Positions 45,745-58,056 of a stretch of DNA of 64,000 nucleotides are shown here, piece after piece (the stretch's first letter is position 1; the number at the start of each line of letters is the position of its first letter). The notes beneath the pieces were generated by a model. It had not been told where the DNA came from. It ran no database searches and worked only from the letters and a program-made list of their open reading frames with translations. The position numbers and the translations under genes were made by a program. Source of the DNA: Squalus acanthias (Eukaryota); the NCBI GenBank assembly GCA_030390025.1, contig CM059433.1, positions 3,472,001 through 3,536,000 on the forward strand, read 5' to 3'.

Positions 45745-46046
45745 AGAAAGAAGAAAGAAAGACTTGCATTTCTACAGCGCCTTTCACAACCTCAGGACGT
45801 CTCAAAGTGCTTTACAGCCAACGAAGTATTTTTTTTGGAGTGTGGTCACTGTTGTAATGTGGGAAACGCGGCAGAAAATTTGCGCACAGCAAGCTCCCAC
45901 GAACAGCAATGTGATAATGACCAGATCATCTGTGTTTTTGTTATGTTGGTTGAGGGATCAATATTGGCCAGGACACCGGGGAGAACTCCCCCCTGCTCTT
46001 CTTCAAAATAGGGCCAAGGAATTTTTTACGTCCACCTGAGAGGGCA
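45745..46046 (-). mobile_element. DeuSINE 3' portion
   Basis: Reverse complement of 41200-41490. Confidence 0.85.
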
Positions 46047-46120
46047 TTTGTGATCACAATGTGCGCGAGTTGCTGGGCAAAGCAAGACTTCAAAAGAAAT
46101 AAAAACCAGGAAATCTGTAA

Positions 46121-46985
46121 AACATAGAAACATAGAAACATAGAAGATAGGAGCAGGAGTAGGCCATTCGGCCCCTCGAGCCTGCTCCGCCATTCGATGA
46201 GATCATGGCTGATCATCCAAACTCAGTACCCTGTACCTGCCTTCTCCCCATATCCCTTGATACCTTTAGCTTTAAGAAATATATCTAACTCCTTCTTGAA
46301 TATATTTAATGACTTGGCCTCAACTACCTTCTGTGGTAGAGAATTCCACAGGTTCACCACTCTCTGGGTGAAGAAATTCTTCCTCATTTCTGTCCTAAAT
46401 GGCTTACCCCTTATCCTTAGATTATGACCCCTGGTTCTGGACTCTCCGACCATCGGGAACATTCTTCCTGCATCTAGTTTGTCCAGACCTGTCAGAATTT
46501 TATATGTTTCGATGAGATCCCCTCTCATTCTTCTATACTCCAGCGAGTATAAGCCCAATCGACCCAATCTCTCCTCATATGTCATTCCTGCCATCCCAGG
46601 TATCAGCCTTGTGAATCTTCGCTGAACTCCTTCCATGGCAAGAACATCCTTCCTCAGATAAGGCGACCAAAACTGCACACAGTACTCAAGGTGTGGTCTC
46701 ACCAAGGCCCTGTACAACTGCAGCAGGACATCCCTGTTCCTATACTCAAACCCTTTCGCTATGAAGGCCAACATACCATTTGCCTTCTTCACCGCCTGCT
46801 GCACCTGCATGCTTACCTTCAGCGACTGGTGCACAAGGACACCCAGGTCTCGTTGCACTTCCCCTTCTCCCAATCTATTGCCATTCAGATAATAGTCTGC
46901 CTTTCTGTTTTTGACACCAAAGTGGATAACCTTGCATTTATCCACGTTATATTGCATCTGCCACGCTTCTGCCCACTCACCCATG
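46121..46985 (-). mobile_element. CR1 LINE 3' fragment
   Basis: ORF reading EWAEAWQMQYNVDKCKVIHFG...YCVQFWSPYLRKD. (CATAGAAA)n tail. Same subfamily as 18156-18870. Confidence 0.92.
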
Positions 46986-47174
46986 TGCTGCTGATTCACT
47001 ATCACCCGTTTTACAACATCACACAAAGTCAAAATTACACCCATATATTTCAATAGATCACCAGAGACTCAGGCACACAACTGGCACGAGGCTAGTCATA
47101 GGGACTTGGGTACGCATTCCAAAATCACAAAGGAAAGAGATGTGCATCTTTCATATGAGAACAGAAGATGGAAT

Positions 47175-47411
47175 AATTGTTACGTTACTGGACTAGGAAT
47201 CTAGAGGTCTGAACTAACAATTCAAGGAGCATGAGTTCAAATCCCACCATGGTAGTTCGAGAATTTGAATTCAGTTTAAAAAATCTGGAAATAAAAAGCT
47301 GGTCTCAGTAAAAGTGACCATAAAGCTCTCAGTTTGTCATCAAAACCCAACTGGTTCACTAATGTCTTTTAGGAAAGAAAACCTGACGTCCTTACCTGGT
47401 CTGGCCTACAT
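47175..47411 (+). mobile_element. tRNA-derived SINE (MetaSINE-like core), truncated
   Basis: B-box GAGTTCAAATCCC (about 47233), then GGTTCACTAATGTCTTTTAGGAAAGAAAACCTGACGTCCTTACCTGGTCTGGCCTACA, which I recall as the Meta-domain core. Confidence 0.6.
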
Positions 47412-47590
47412 GGGGACAATTTTAGCCGATGGTGTAAATGTCTGATATTGGATCAGCCGCCTGTTACACACCTTTCCCGATTGAGCTTTGCTCAGAAGTT
47501 AATGGAAGGGAAACTCGGACGTGATGTATAATGGGCGGCTGATCCGCTGTCGTCTATTCTACACCAACGCCAATAGTTAGAATTACTCCC
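47412..47590. mobile_element. Short palindromic MITE
   Basis: Ends GGGGACAATT / AATTACTCCC. Internal inverted arms GGATCAGCCGCC / GGCGGCTGATCC. A related relic lies at about 41500-41636. Confidence 0.6.
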
Positions 47591-47595
47591 AGGAC

Positions 47596-48058
47596 ACAGC
47601 TACAATGCGAAACATAGCTCAATGACCTCACCAGTGTTGTCAAGGTAAAATTACTGCTCTCATACTCTCTGCTCACATCGCCCACTGCCTCCAGCCTCAT
47701 TACTCACAATACCCTCCCTCCCTGCTTCCTTTCACTCACCTACAATCATTGCACTCCACTTCCTTCTCCCCATACTCACACTCTCACCACTATTGCAACC
47801 CTTACTTCCCCACACTTCACATATTACACGCTGCATTCCAATTATTTGACTAAACACCTCACAAGACTGTCACTAACATGCTCACTTCTTTCTTGCAGGA
47901 GAAGGTCAAATACTACTTGAGACAGGAGGCTGACAATGGAGGAGGCCGAGCCCGTCTGTACACCCTCTCCCCCCATTGAAGAAAACGTACTGGCCAACAT
48001 GGGCAGGGGGAGTCATGACCATCGTGACAGGCAACACTGGAGGACACCTCATGCAGGG
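47596..48058 (+). pseudogene. Degenerate Harbinger Myb/SANT-like gene relic (end of exon 1, intron, exon 2)
   Basis: ...NDLTSVVK|GTAAA donor at 47645. Acceptor TTCTTGCAG before 47899, then EKVKYYLRQEADNGGGRARLYTLSP.EENVLANMG, which parallels exon 2 (EKRAHNKRERTRTGGG...EE..L) of copies 1 and 2. Confidence 0.65.
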
Positions 48059-48285
48059 TTTCTTCATACTTTATCCTCTTTTTCCCTGTGAGTGCAGCGT
48101 GCCTTTCAATTGCACCGTGTACCCTGACTATATGCTCTGCCAGGTGTGACTATGCATGGGCTACAATGAAAGATCTGTAAGAAGTGTGACATTTTGACTT
48201 GGCTGAGCAGTAAACATGGACCAGGTAGAGAAGCTGCACTGTGCCATTTACCTGGCAGATGTTGATTATTCTTATCTTTACAGAT

Positions 48286-48822
48286 CCCTTTTGGTCTCCT
48301 TACCTAAGGAAGGATATACTTGCCATAGAGGGAGTGCAACGAAGGTTCACAAGATTGATTCCTGGGATGGCGGGACTGTCGTATCAGAAGAGATTGAGTA
48401 AACTAGGCCTGTGTTCTCTTGAATTCAGAAGAATGAGAGGGGATCTCATTGAAGCATACAAAATTATTACAGGGCTTGATAGGGTGGATGCTGGGAGAAT
48501 GTTTCCCTTGGCTGGGGAGTCTAGAACCAGCCTCAGGATAAAGGGTAGGCCACTCAGGACTGAGATGAGAAGAAATTTCTTCACACAGAGGGTGGTGAAT
48601 CTTTGGAATTCTCTACCCCAGAGGGCTGTGGAGGCTCAGTCATTGGGTATATTCAAAACAGAAGTCGATAGATTTCTGACTAGTAAGGGCATCAAGGGAA
48701 ATGGCGATAGGGCCGGTGAATGGAGTTGAGGCAGAAGATCAGCCATGATCTCATTGAATGGCGGAGCAGGCTCGAAGGGCCGAATGGCCGACTCCTGCTC
48801 CTATTTCTTATGTTCTTATGTA
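48286..48822 (+). mobile_element. CR1 LINE 3' fragment
   Basis: FWSPYLRKDILAIEGVQRRFTRLIP..., then the 3' UTR and a (TTCTTATG)n tail. Confidence 0.9.
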
Positions 48823-49182
48823 AGATGTGCCACCTTCTCCTGTATCTGTATCCACGGACTGTAGACAGGGTTCAGTCTGGCCACCACATACTGCCAGGCA
48901 GAGAGCACTGCTGCTTTCTGGGGCGGGTGCCCTGGAGCACCTCTTCATGTCCACCTCATGCAGCCCAGTGTCTGCTCTGCAGTCCATCAAACAGAGGGAT
49001 AGCCCCGTTCTGTCGTTTGCTTACAGACTCCATTTCTGTGCCTCCACTTCTGACCTCACCTACGAGTTAGTCCATGTTTTGCCTTGAAAAAAGCTCCAAC
49101 ATTCCCCCTTCTTGATTTAGTCACTTACCTTTATGTTGTGACTGCGTGCCTTTCATTTTGAGTAGCCTCCCTTTAAGGGCTG

Positions 49183-49640
49183 CATAAGAACATAAGAAAT
49201 AGGAGCGGGAGTTGGCCATTTGGCCCCTCGAGCCTGCTCCGCCATTTAATGAGATCGTGGCTGATCTGATCTTGGGCTCAGCTCCACTTCCCCGCCCGCT
49301 CCCCATAACCCTTGACTCCCTTATCGTTCAAAAATCTGTCTATCACCACCTTAAATATATTCAATGACACAGCCTCCACAGCTCTCTGGGGCAGAGAATT
49401 CCACAGATTTACGACCCTCTGAGAGAAGAAATTCCTCCTCATCTCAGTTCTAAAAGGGCAACCCTTTATTCTGAAACTATGCCCCCCTAGTTCTAGATTT
49501 CCCCACGAGGGGAAAGATCCTCTCTGCATCCACCCTGTTGAGCCCCCTCAGTATCTTATATGTTTCAATAAGATCACCTCTCATTCTTCTAAACTCCAAT
49601 GAGTATCGGCCCAGCCTGCTCAACCTCTCTTCATAAGACA
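49183..49640 (-). mobile_element. CR1 LINE 3' fragment
   Basis: LSYEERLSRLG.YSLEFRRMRGDLIETYK..., with a (CATAAGAA)n tail. Confidence 0.9.
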
Positions 49641-51125
49641 GCAGGAAAGGCTCAAGCTGCACAGGAAGTGTCTGCAAAATGCTTAAATGACCCAACCCTG
49701 TGGAATCCTGCAGGCAGGTTCAGACCACCACTCTAACAGCAGGAGTCTACCCAAGGGCACAGAAGGCCCGGGGCCATTTTATCATCTGACCGGGGAATCG
49801 GTCCTTATAAAAGATGAATTTTCATGAAGAAATCTGTTTTATATGGAACTTACTTCTAAATAAAATTGAATAGAAAATTCTCCTTTTATGCAAGCTTACT
49901 CTCTCTGTTACACCGGCATCGCATTTTCCAATGTGGTGAAGCACCTACAATGTACATGCTCATCCATCCAATCCCAACTAAAGCAAGAAATCATAATGGT
50001 GGAGGCAATTCTAATCAAAGAGGAAATGGTAGGGAAGTGCTAAACACCATCAATATCCAGACAAACAACAGCTGAGTTGATCGGAAGTTCTTTGAACCAC
50101 TTCACTGCAGGTGTTTTCTGTGACAGCTGGAATTCATTAAGATATATGATGGCTGCTTTCTGTGCAGGTGAACCCTGGGTTTCACAATTAAATTACCCGG
50201 TTGGATTGGCTGAATCTGGTTATGTTAGTTTAATGAAAACTTTGCGATACCCATTATCTCGTAGGTGGAGCGTTAGCATAACATTATTGTCGTTCCAACT
50301 CTTTATTTACATTATTCCACCAATACACAATTGAGACAATCTGTTGGCTGGAACTTAAATCAAATGGTCTGATGTGATTCCCACCCCACCTCTGTCACTG
50401 AGCTTTGAAACCGGAGTGTTTCTGAGACTGGCTGTTGTGGAAAACTGCAGTGTCAAAACAATTCTGAAATCACCTACTTAATAAGAGGTTTCAGCTCAAC
50501 TGAGAGTTATGTTTATGGTTTGCTAAATGGAGTCCTATTGAAGGATTACTTCATACTGCAAAGCCTGCATGCATTTAAAAAAAGTGGTTATTGCCAGTAG
50601 CACTGCATTTAATCTCTACATTTTGCATTGAAATACTTGTGTGAACTTGGAGGTGTTGGGTGGTTTTGGTAGTGAATCATTAGACTTCTAACCTGAGGAC
50701 TTAAGTCCCAATGCCAGCATCATTCAACCTAATTAATTTCTTTGAGTGGATTTTGACAGCTCTTGGCTGGAACTCTAGGTGGAATGCTTTGTGATATCGA
50801 ACTGTCAAATCCAAGTAGACATCTGGCTGTCAGCTAATGAGTAGCACTGATCCGGACTGCAGAGAATCCGCTGTCTAAATATTCCTACCCTCCTAGGTGA
50901 CACCAGAGAAGACATGATTGGTACTTAATAAGAGAGGGAGGGAAGCGACAAAGACTCCTCTCTCATTTACCTCAGCAGAACAAATGCTCCTTGTATCTTT
51001 GGCCCTCCATGCACAGCCTTAGTGCGAAAGTTGCTAGAAATTACATTCAGTATTGTTCATTCTCATCCTCCAGCTGCCCATTAATAGAAAGTAATAGAAT
51101 GCCATTAGGATCTCAAACATCTTTA

Positions 51126-53343
51126 GGAGAGGAGAGGAGAGGATAGCAGGGAGGGGCGAGGAAGGAGAGGAGAGGAGGGGAGAGGAGGGAGGGGCGAGGA
51201 GGAGAGGGGAGAGGAGGGAGAGGAGGGAGAGGAGAGGGGGGAGAGGAGGGAGGGGAGAGGAGGTAAAGGAGAGGAGGGAGGGAGAGGAGAGGAGAGCAGG
51301 GAAGAGTGAGCAGGGAGGGGAGAGGAGAGAGGGGAGAGGAGGGAGAGGAGAGGAGGGGAGAGGAGGGAGAGGAGAGGAGGGGAGGAGAGGAGGGAGGGGA
51401 GAGGAGGGGAGGGGAGAGGAGGGGAGAGGAGGGGAGGAGGGAGGGGAGAGGAGGGGAGGGGAGAGGAGGGAAGAGGAGGGGAGGGGAGAGGAGGGGAGAG
51501 GGGGGGAGAGGAGAGGAGGGAGGGAGGGGAGGGGAGAGGAGGGGAGAGGAGGGAGAGGAGAGGAGGGAGGGAGAGGAGGGAGAGGAGGGAGAGGAGAGGA
51601 GGGAGGGAGAGGAGGGAGAGGAGAGGAGGGGAGAGGAGAGGAGGGAGGGAGAGGAGGAAGAGGAGAGGAGGGAGAGGAGAGGAGGGGAGAGGATAGGAGG
51701 GAAGAGGAGGGAGAGGAGGGAGGGGAGAGGAGGGAGAGGAGAGGAGGGAGGGAGAGGAGGGAGAGGAGAGGAGGGGAGAGGAGGGAGAGGAGAGGAGGGA
51801 GAGGAGAGGAGGGGAGAGGATAGGAGGGAAGAGGAGGGAGAGGAGGGAGGGGAGAGGAGGGGAGAGGAGAGGAGGGGAGAGAGGAGGGAGAGGAGGGAGA
51901 GGAGGGAGGGAGAGGACGGGAGAGGAGGAGGGAGAGGAGGAGGGAGGGGGGAGAGGAGGGAAAGGAGAGGAGAGGAGGAGAGGAGGAGGGAAGGAGGAGA
52001 GGAGAGGAGAGGAGGGAGGAGGAGGGAGAGGAGGGAGAGGAGAGGAGGGAAGAGGAGGGAGAGGAGGGAGGGAGAGGACGGGAGAGGAGGGAGGGGAGAG
52101 GAGGGAGAGGAGGGGAGAGGAGGAGAGGGAGGGGAGAGGAGAGGAGAAGAGGGAGGGAGAGGAGGGAGAGGAGAGGAGGGGAGAGGATAGGAGGGAAGAG
52201 GAGGGAGAGGAGGGAGGGGAGAGGAGGGAGAGGAGAGGAGGGGAGAGGAGAGGAGGGAAGAGGAGGGAGAGGAGGGAGGGGAGAGGATAGGAGAGGAGGG
52301 AGGGGAGAGGAGGGGAGAGGAGGGGAGAGGAGGGAGGGGAGAAGGGAGAGGAGGGAGGGGAGAAGGGAGAGGAGGGAGGGGAGAGGAGAGGAGGGGAGAG
52401 GAGGAGAGGAGGGAGGGGAGAGGAGGGAGAGGAGAGGAGGGAGGGGAGGGAGGGGAGAGGAGGAGAGGAGGGAGGGGCGAGGAGGGAGAGGAGAGGAGGG
52501 AGGGGAGGGAGGGGAGAGGAGGGAGAGGAGGGGAGAGGAGGGAGGGAGGGGAGAGGAGGGAGGGGAGGGAGGGAGAGGAGGGAGAGGAGGGAGGGAGGGG
52601 AGAGGAGGGAGGGAGGGGAGAGGAGGGGAGAGGAGGGAGGGGAGGGAGGGGAGAGGAGGGAGAGGAGAGGAGGGGAGAGGAGGGAGGGGAGGGAGGGGAG
52701 AGGAGGGAGGGGAGGGAGGGGAGAGGAGGGAGGGGAGAGGAGGGAGAGGAGGGGAGAGGAGGGGAGAGGAGGGAGGGGAGGGAGGGAGGGGAGAGGAGGG
52801 GAGAGGAGGGAGGGGAGGGAGGGGAGAGGAGGGAGGGGAGGGAGGGGAGAGGAGGGAGGGGAGAGGAGGGAGGGGAGAGGAGGGAGAGGAGGGGAGAGGA
52901 GGGAGAGGAGGGAGAGGAGGGGAGAGGAGGGAGAGGAGGGGAGAGGAGGAAGAGGAGGGGAGAGGAGGGAGAGGAGGGAGAGGAGGGAGAGGAGGGGAGA
53001 GGAGGGAGGGGAGGGAGAGGAGGGAGAGGAGGGAGGGGAGGGAGAGGAGGGGAGAGGAGGGGAGAGGAGGGAGAGGAGGGGAGAGGAGGAAGAGGAGGGG
53101 AGAGGAGGGAGGGGAGGGAGAGGAGGGGAGAGGAGGGAGGGAGGGGAGAGGAGGGAGAGGAGGGGAGAGGAGGGAGAGGAGGGAGAGGAGGGGAGAGGAG
53201 GGAGAGGAGGGAGGGGAGAAGGGAGAGGAGGGAGGGGAGAGGAGGGAGGGGAGAGGAGGGAGAGGAGGGGAGAGGAGGGAGAGGAGGGGAGAGGGGGGAG
53301 AGGGGGGAGGGGAGAGGAGGGAGGGGAGGGAGGGAGGGGAGAA
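51126..53343. repeat. 2.2-kb polypurine low-complexity array (GGAGA/GGAG/GAGGAGG units)
   Basis: The plus strand is almost exclusively G and A. Confidence 0.97.
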
Positions 53344-54065
53344 AATTGGTGACAAAAGAACCCACAAATAAACTATGGATCCTGTGGATTTAATGGAGCT
53401 CTTTTACTTGCTGGACAGGAGGTAACACGATGCCAACATCTGTACAGTAAGTGAAAGTGCTCTATCAAAACTACAGGATCGATTGTTTATTTATGTTTTT
53501 TGTCCCCAATTTTCTCCAGCTCCTCTCCTGAAGGTGTTGACACGTTCCTGAGGGCCAGTTCCGTGACACCCTGTATTCTTCATGTGTGAGCCCAGGCACT
53601 GAGCGTCTGCAAGCTTTTCAAGTTAATCGTAGCCCAGTCCTCACGTTTTGCCCATTTTCAGGAGACATCAGGAGATAGCGATCAGGAAGTGGACCCATGG
53701 CCAAATTTCCCTCCTAAATGGAGAGGCACTGAAACCAATTAAAGCATCCTTACTGTCACCATGGCTGAGATTAGAACTATGAATGGAACTTTTACCCCTT
53801 CCCTTCCTTTCTTTTCCAATAGGCCTGATTTCCACTTAATAAATGCCCAGGAGGACAGATTTGAAATCAGAAACCATCCATGTGAAGAGCTGTAGGTGCA
53901 GACCCATGTCCCATGACCATAGTAAATATCTGTGGAATATTTGAAAAAGCAGACCAGACTCATGTCCAAGTGTTGACTACCACCAGTGCACTAAATCCCA
54001 CTGTGAGAAACGGGTCCATTTTGCTGATATCTATGCAAAATACATGAAAACTTGGATCTGATACC

Positions 54066-54600
54066 TTCTACCATCTACAAGGCACAAGTAAGGAGTGTGA
54101 TGGAATACTCTCCACTTGCCTGGATGAGTGCAGCTCCAACAACACTCAAGAAGCTCGACACCATCCAGGACAAAGCAGCCCGCTTGATTGGCACCCCATC
54201 CACCACCTTAAACATTCACTCCCTCCACCACTGGCGTACCGTGGCTGCAGTGTGTACCATCTACAAGATGCACTCACCAAGGCTTCTCCGGCAGCGCCTC
54301 CCAAACTCGCGACCTCTTCCACCTAGAAGGACAAGGGCAGCAGGCGCATGGGAACACCACCACCTCTAAGTTCCCCTTCAAGTCACACACCATCCTGACT
54401 TAGAAGTATATCGACCGATCCTTCATCGTCGCTGGGTCAAAATCCTGGAACTCCCTCCCTAACAGCACTGTGGGAGCACCTTCACCACACGGACTGCAGC
54501 GGTTCAAGAAGGCGGCGGCTCACCACCTTCTCGAGGGCAATTAGGGATGGGCAATAAATGCTGGTCTCGCCAGCGACGCCCAAGAACGAATTAAAAAAAT
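54066..54600 (+). mobile_element. 5'-truncated LINE, same family as 25852-26775
   Basis: STIYKAQVRSVMEYSPLAWMSAAPTTLKKLD..., with 3' end GGGCAATAAATGCTGG followed by an A-rich tail. Confidence 0.88.
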
Positions 54601-54643
54601 GAAAAAAATGTGCTGGTTGGAGCATTCCTGTGAATAACCTGTG

Positions 54644-55000
54644 ATGATGTGGAGATGCCAGTGTTGGACTGGGATGGACAAACGTGAGAAGTCGCACAAC
54701 ACCAGGTTATAGTCCAACAGCTTTATTTGAAATCACAAGCTTTCGGAGCGCTGCTCCTTCGTCAGGTGAAGTGAAGAGAAGCATATAGGCACAGCATATA
54801 TAGTCAGAGAACACTGCCAGATGACTACAGTTATTCTTTCTAACTGCCCTTTATCACACCTCGGCAGAGAGATAATCACGGCAATCAAAGGTGTGGATGG
54901 TGTCCAAACAGGTCAGTCAGGAAAACATTACATCAAAGACAATGAGGTGGGGTCACAAGGGGTCAAATGTGGCAGATGCTGGGGTCTGGATGGAAAACAA
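54644..55000 (-). mobile_element. Penelope-like pLTR fragment
   Basis: Reverse complement of 17510-17637, with patchy similarity to 17350-17430. Confidence 0.78.
54733..54769 (-). ncRNA. Minimal type I hammerhead ribozyme motif
   Basis: Minus strand reads UCAC-CUGACGA-A-GGAGC(AGC)GCUCC-GAAA-GC-UU-GUGA. Stem I UCAC/GUGA; palindromic AAGCUU at stem III. Confidence 0.78.
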
Positions 55001-55944
55001 GCAAGAGGCTCTTTGGGGATTGCAGCCTTCCTCAAAAACATTGTAAAAAAAAAAGAACACTCGTCTAAATGATTATTTTTATTTGAAATTTGTTTTTGAA
55101 TACTTGGGAGAGGATTCACCCAGGCATCTGTAGATTTTTTTTCTTGCGCATGAGAATTCTTTTTCAGTTAGGTAGTTTTTTGCCAGATGTTTTGTACCCA
55201 GATAACATCAAAGATTACAAAACAGGTTGCAGTCTATTATGAGGTGAAGATCTGTGAACAGCTTTTGTAGATTAGTACTTTCCAAGGACTGTTGAGCATG
55301 AAAAATTCACTGGTTTTGGTCTGCTGGCCTACAGCAAGAACAATAAAGCACTCACGTGTACGCGTACAGATTTGACAGAACGAGGGTGTGCAAAAAAATG
55401 CATCTTGATGCATGTCGGCAAAACGGACAAAATTTCTCACAGTGGGATTTAGATTGCCGTTAGCAGTCAGCACTTAGGCATTAGTCTGGACTGTTTTTTT
55501 TTATATATAAAGTCTTCCACAGATATTTATTGCTGTCATCACAGTGCCAGAAATGTAATAGCAAGATCTCTATCAGCTCTCTCGGTTATAGTTTCATTGT
55601 GTGTGACTGCAACACAGGGTTTGTCTCCATTTTTGGTGCTTTCGTTACTTCACGTTACAAACACTGCAAACCGATAAAACCATCAATGGAAAGAAATAAG
55701 CAAATTCATTTGTGGTTGCAGTGTCCCATCAAGTGTGTCAAAATGCTTCGTGTTGAGCAATAAATCATCGTTATCTTACCTTATTGACTGCAAACGATAG
55801 CAGAACGTTCACTATTAAAAATTACATCAGTGGAGCTGTATTCATAAAGGATCTGGAAGAATTTAGAGGCTGCGCCCCATCTCTTGGTTTTGCCCAATAA
55901 ATTCCTATTGGTGCCAAATGACTCTAATGAAGACAGTTTCTGCA

Positions 55945-56991
55945 CAGTTTCTGTGGTAAATGGCTGTTTTTCAGACTGGAGGACAGTGTTGTTCCCCAAG
56001 GGTCAGTGCTGGGGCCACGTTTTTTTTTTCGATATATATAAATGACCTGGATATTGGAATACAGAGTAGAATTTCTAAATTTGCCAATGACACCAAACTT
56101 GGGGGTATGGCAAACAGTGAGGATGATACCAATCGACTGCAACAGGACATAGAAAGGCTAGCAGAATGGGCAGACAAGTGGCAGATGGAATTTAATAAAG
56201 AGAAGTGTGAGGTGATGCATTTTGGCAGAAGGAACAGGGAGAGGCAATATACACTTAATGGCACAGTTTTAAAGAGTGCAGGGACAGAGGGAGCTGGGAG
56301 TTAATGTGCCTAGGTCCCTGAAGGTGGCGGGACATATTGAGAGAGCGGTTAGCAAAGCATATGGGATCTTGGGCTTCATAAATAGAGGTATTGAGTACAA
56401 ATGTAGAGAAGTTATGCTGAACATTTATAAAGCACTGGTTAGGCCACAACTGGAGTATTGCGTCCAGTTCTGGTCACCAAACTTCAGGAAAGATGTGAAG
56501 GCCCTTGAGAGGGTGCAGAGGAGATTTACCAGAATGGTTCCGGGGATGGGGGATCTTAGCTACAAGGACAGGTTGGAGAAGCTGGATTTGTTTGCATTGG
56601 AGCAAAGGAGGTTGAGGGGTGATTTGATAGAGGTGTACAAGATTATGACGGGTTTGGATAGGCTAGACGGGGAAAGGCTGTTCCCACTAGTTGATGGTAC
56701 AAGAACTAGGGGACACAGATTTAAGATTTTGGGCAAGAGATACAGGGGGGGACATGAGGAAAACTTTTTTACGCAGCGAGTGGTGAGGACCTGGAACTCG
56801 CTGCCGACGGAAGTGGTGGAAGCGGAGACAATCAATGTTTTCAAGGGGAAACTGGATAGGCACTTGAGGGAAATAAACTTGCAGGGCTACGGGGATAGAA
56901 CGGGGCAATGGGACTGACTGGATTGCTCTGCAGAGAGCCGGCACGGACTTGATGGGCCAAACGGCCACCTTCTGTGCCATTAAGACTCTAT
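55945..56991 (+). mobile_element. CR1 LINE 3' portion (RT FA(D/N)DTK region to (GACTCTAT)n tail)
   Basis: YINDLDIG...KFANDTKLGG; RPQLEYCVQFWSP. Frameshifted. The tail resumes at 57884 after the MITE. Confidence 0.9.
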
Positions 56992-57883
56992 GGGGGAAAA
57001 ATTCAGTATCGCCCCGTTTGGGGCGCAATTATCGGCCAGGCGCAAAGATTAGCGCCTGGCGCTAATTATCGCCTCCGACTGCAAACTTGACTTTTATCGC
57101 CCCTGGAGGTGATTGGAGTGCTAAATCAGGCGCTACACATCTGTCTTAAGGCGCAAAGGCCGAGGAGCGAGGCGCTAACTCAGAACGCTGGCAAAGCTCA
57201 TGTGATGTCAGTCAGCAATGGAACACAGACACAATGGCGCCGGCCAGTTCTTAAAGGGGTGGGTTGATCTTGCTTTCCATCCACATCCTGCTCATTGCAG
57301 CCTTGAATCTTGGCCTGGAGAGACCTGTACATCAAATCTGCTCGAAAGAACAATGGAGAGTACTAGGGAAAGAGCTCAGAGTGCAGCCCCCACAGTCTCT
57401 TCTAAATCGATACAAGGAAGGGCAAATCAAAATGAACCTGCAAAGTGCTGCTTAGTACCCAAAACTCCTTCACACAGCGTTGAATCTCTCCAGAAGTCTC
57501 TCTCTTTCTCTCTCAGAATGCGTGGTGCAAAAATGTCACAAACAAAAAAAGGCAGGAAGCGGTCGCCTTTAAATAGCGCTCCCCCCAGTCCCTTCCTGAC
57601 TGCAAAACACTCCCCTCAACCTGTCATTGCTAGCGGCAGGCGGTAAGGCAGGGGGCGCCACTCAATATCCGCTCCAGGGCGCTACTGGGGCATTGCGCAC
57701 TCGACTGACGTCACGATCTGCCGGCGCAGGAGATCGTGGCGGTAGTGTTTAGCGCCGCCGCAAAATGTCATTAATTTCGCGAGCAGCGCAAACATCGCCG
57801 CGCCTGGGCGCTAGTTGCTTTGCGCCCCATTAGCGCCCTCTTAAGGTGCTAACGGGAGGCGCAACCAACTGAATTTTTCCCCC
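56992..57883. mobile_element. Harbinger-type MITE inserted in the CR1 tail
   Basis: TIR GGGGGAAAAATTCAGT / ACTGAATTTTTCCCCC. TSD TAT at 56989-56991 and 57884-57886. Inverted copy of 14759-15640. Confidence 0.92.
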
Positions 57884-58056
57884 TATGACTCTATGACATA
57901 AAATGCTCTCATTTCAGAGCCCGGCAGTCATCACCGTTGTTTGCAAAAGACCCTTTATTTTTACAACATTTCTGATGCCTGCCCAAAAATCTAAGAAAAT
58001 AAAAAGTATTTAAAAAACCCCACAATCGTCAGCATAACAACTTGCATTTACTTAAT

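Noticed and set aside
50660..50990. Ancient SINE (LF-SINE-like) or tRNA gene
   Set aside because: Only vague A/B-box similarity and no cloverleaf; too degenerate to call.
51034..53367. Pro/Ser/Leu-rich and Glu/Gly/Arg-rich long ORFs
   Set aside because: Artefact of the polypurine tract.
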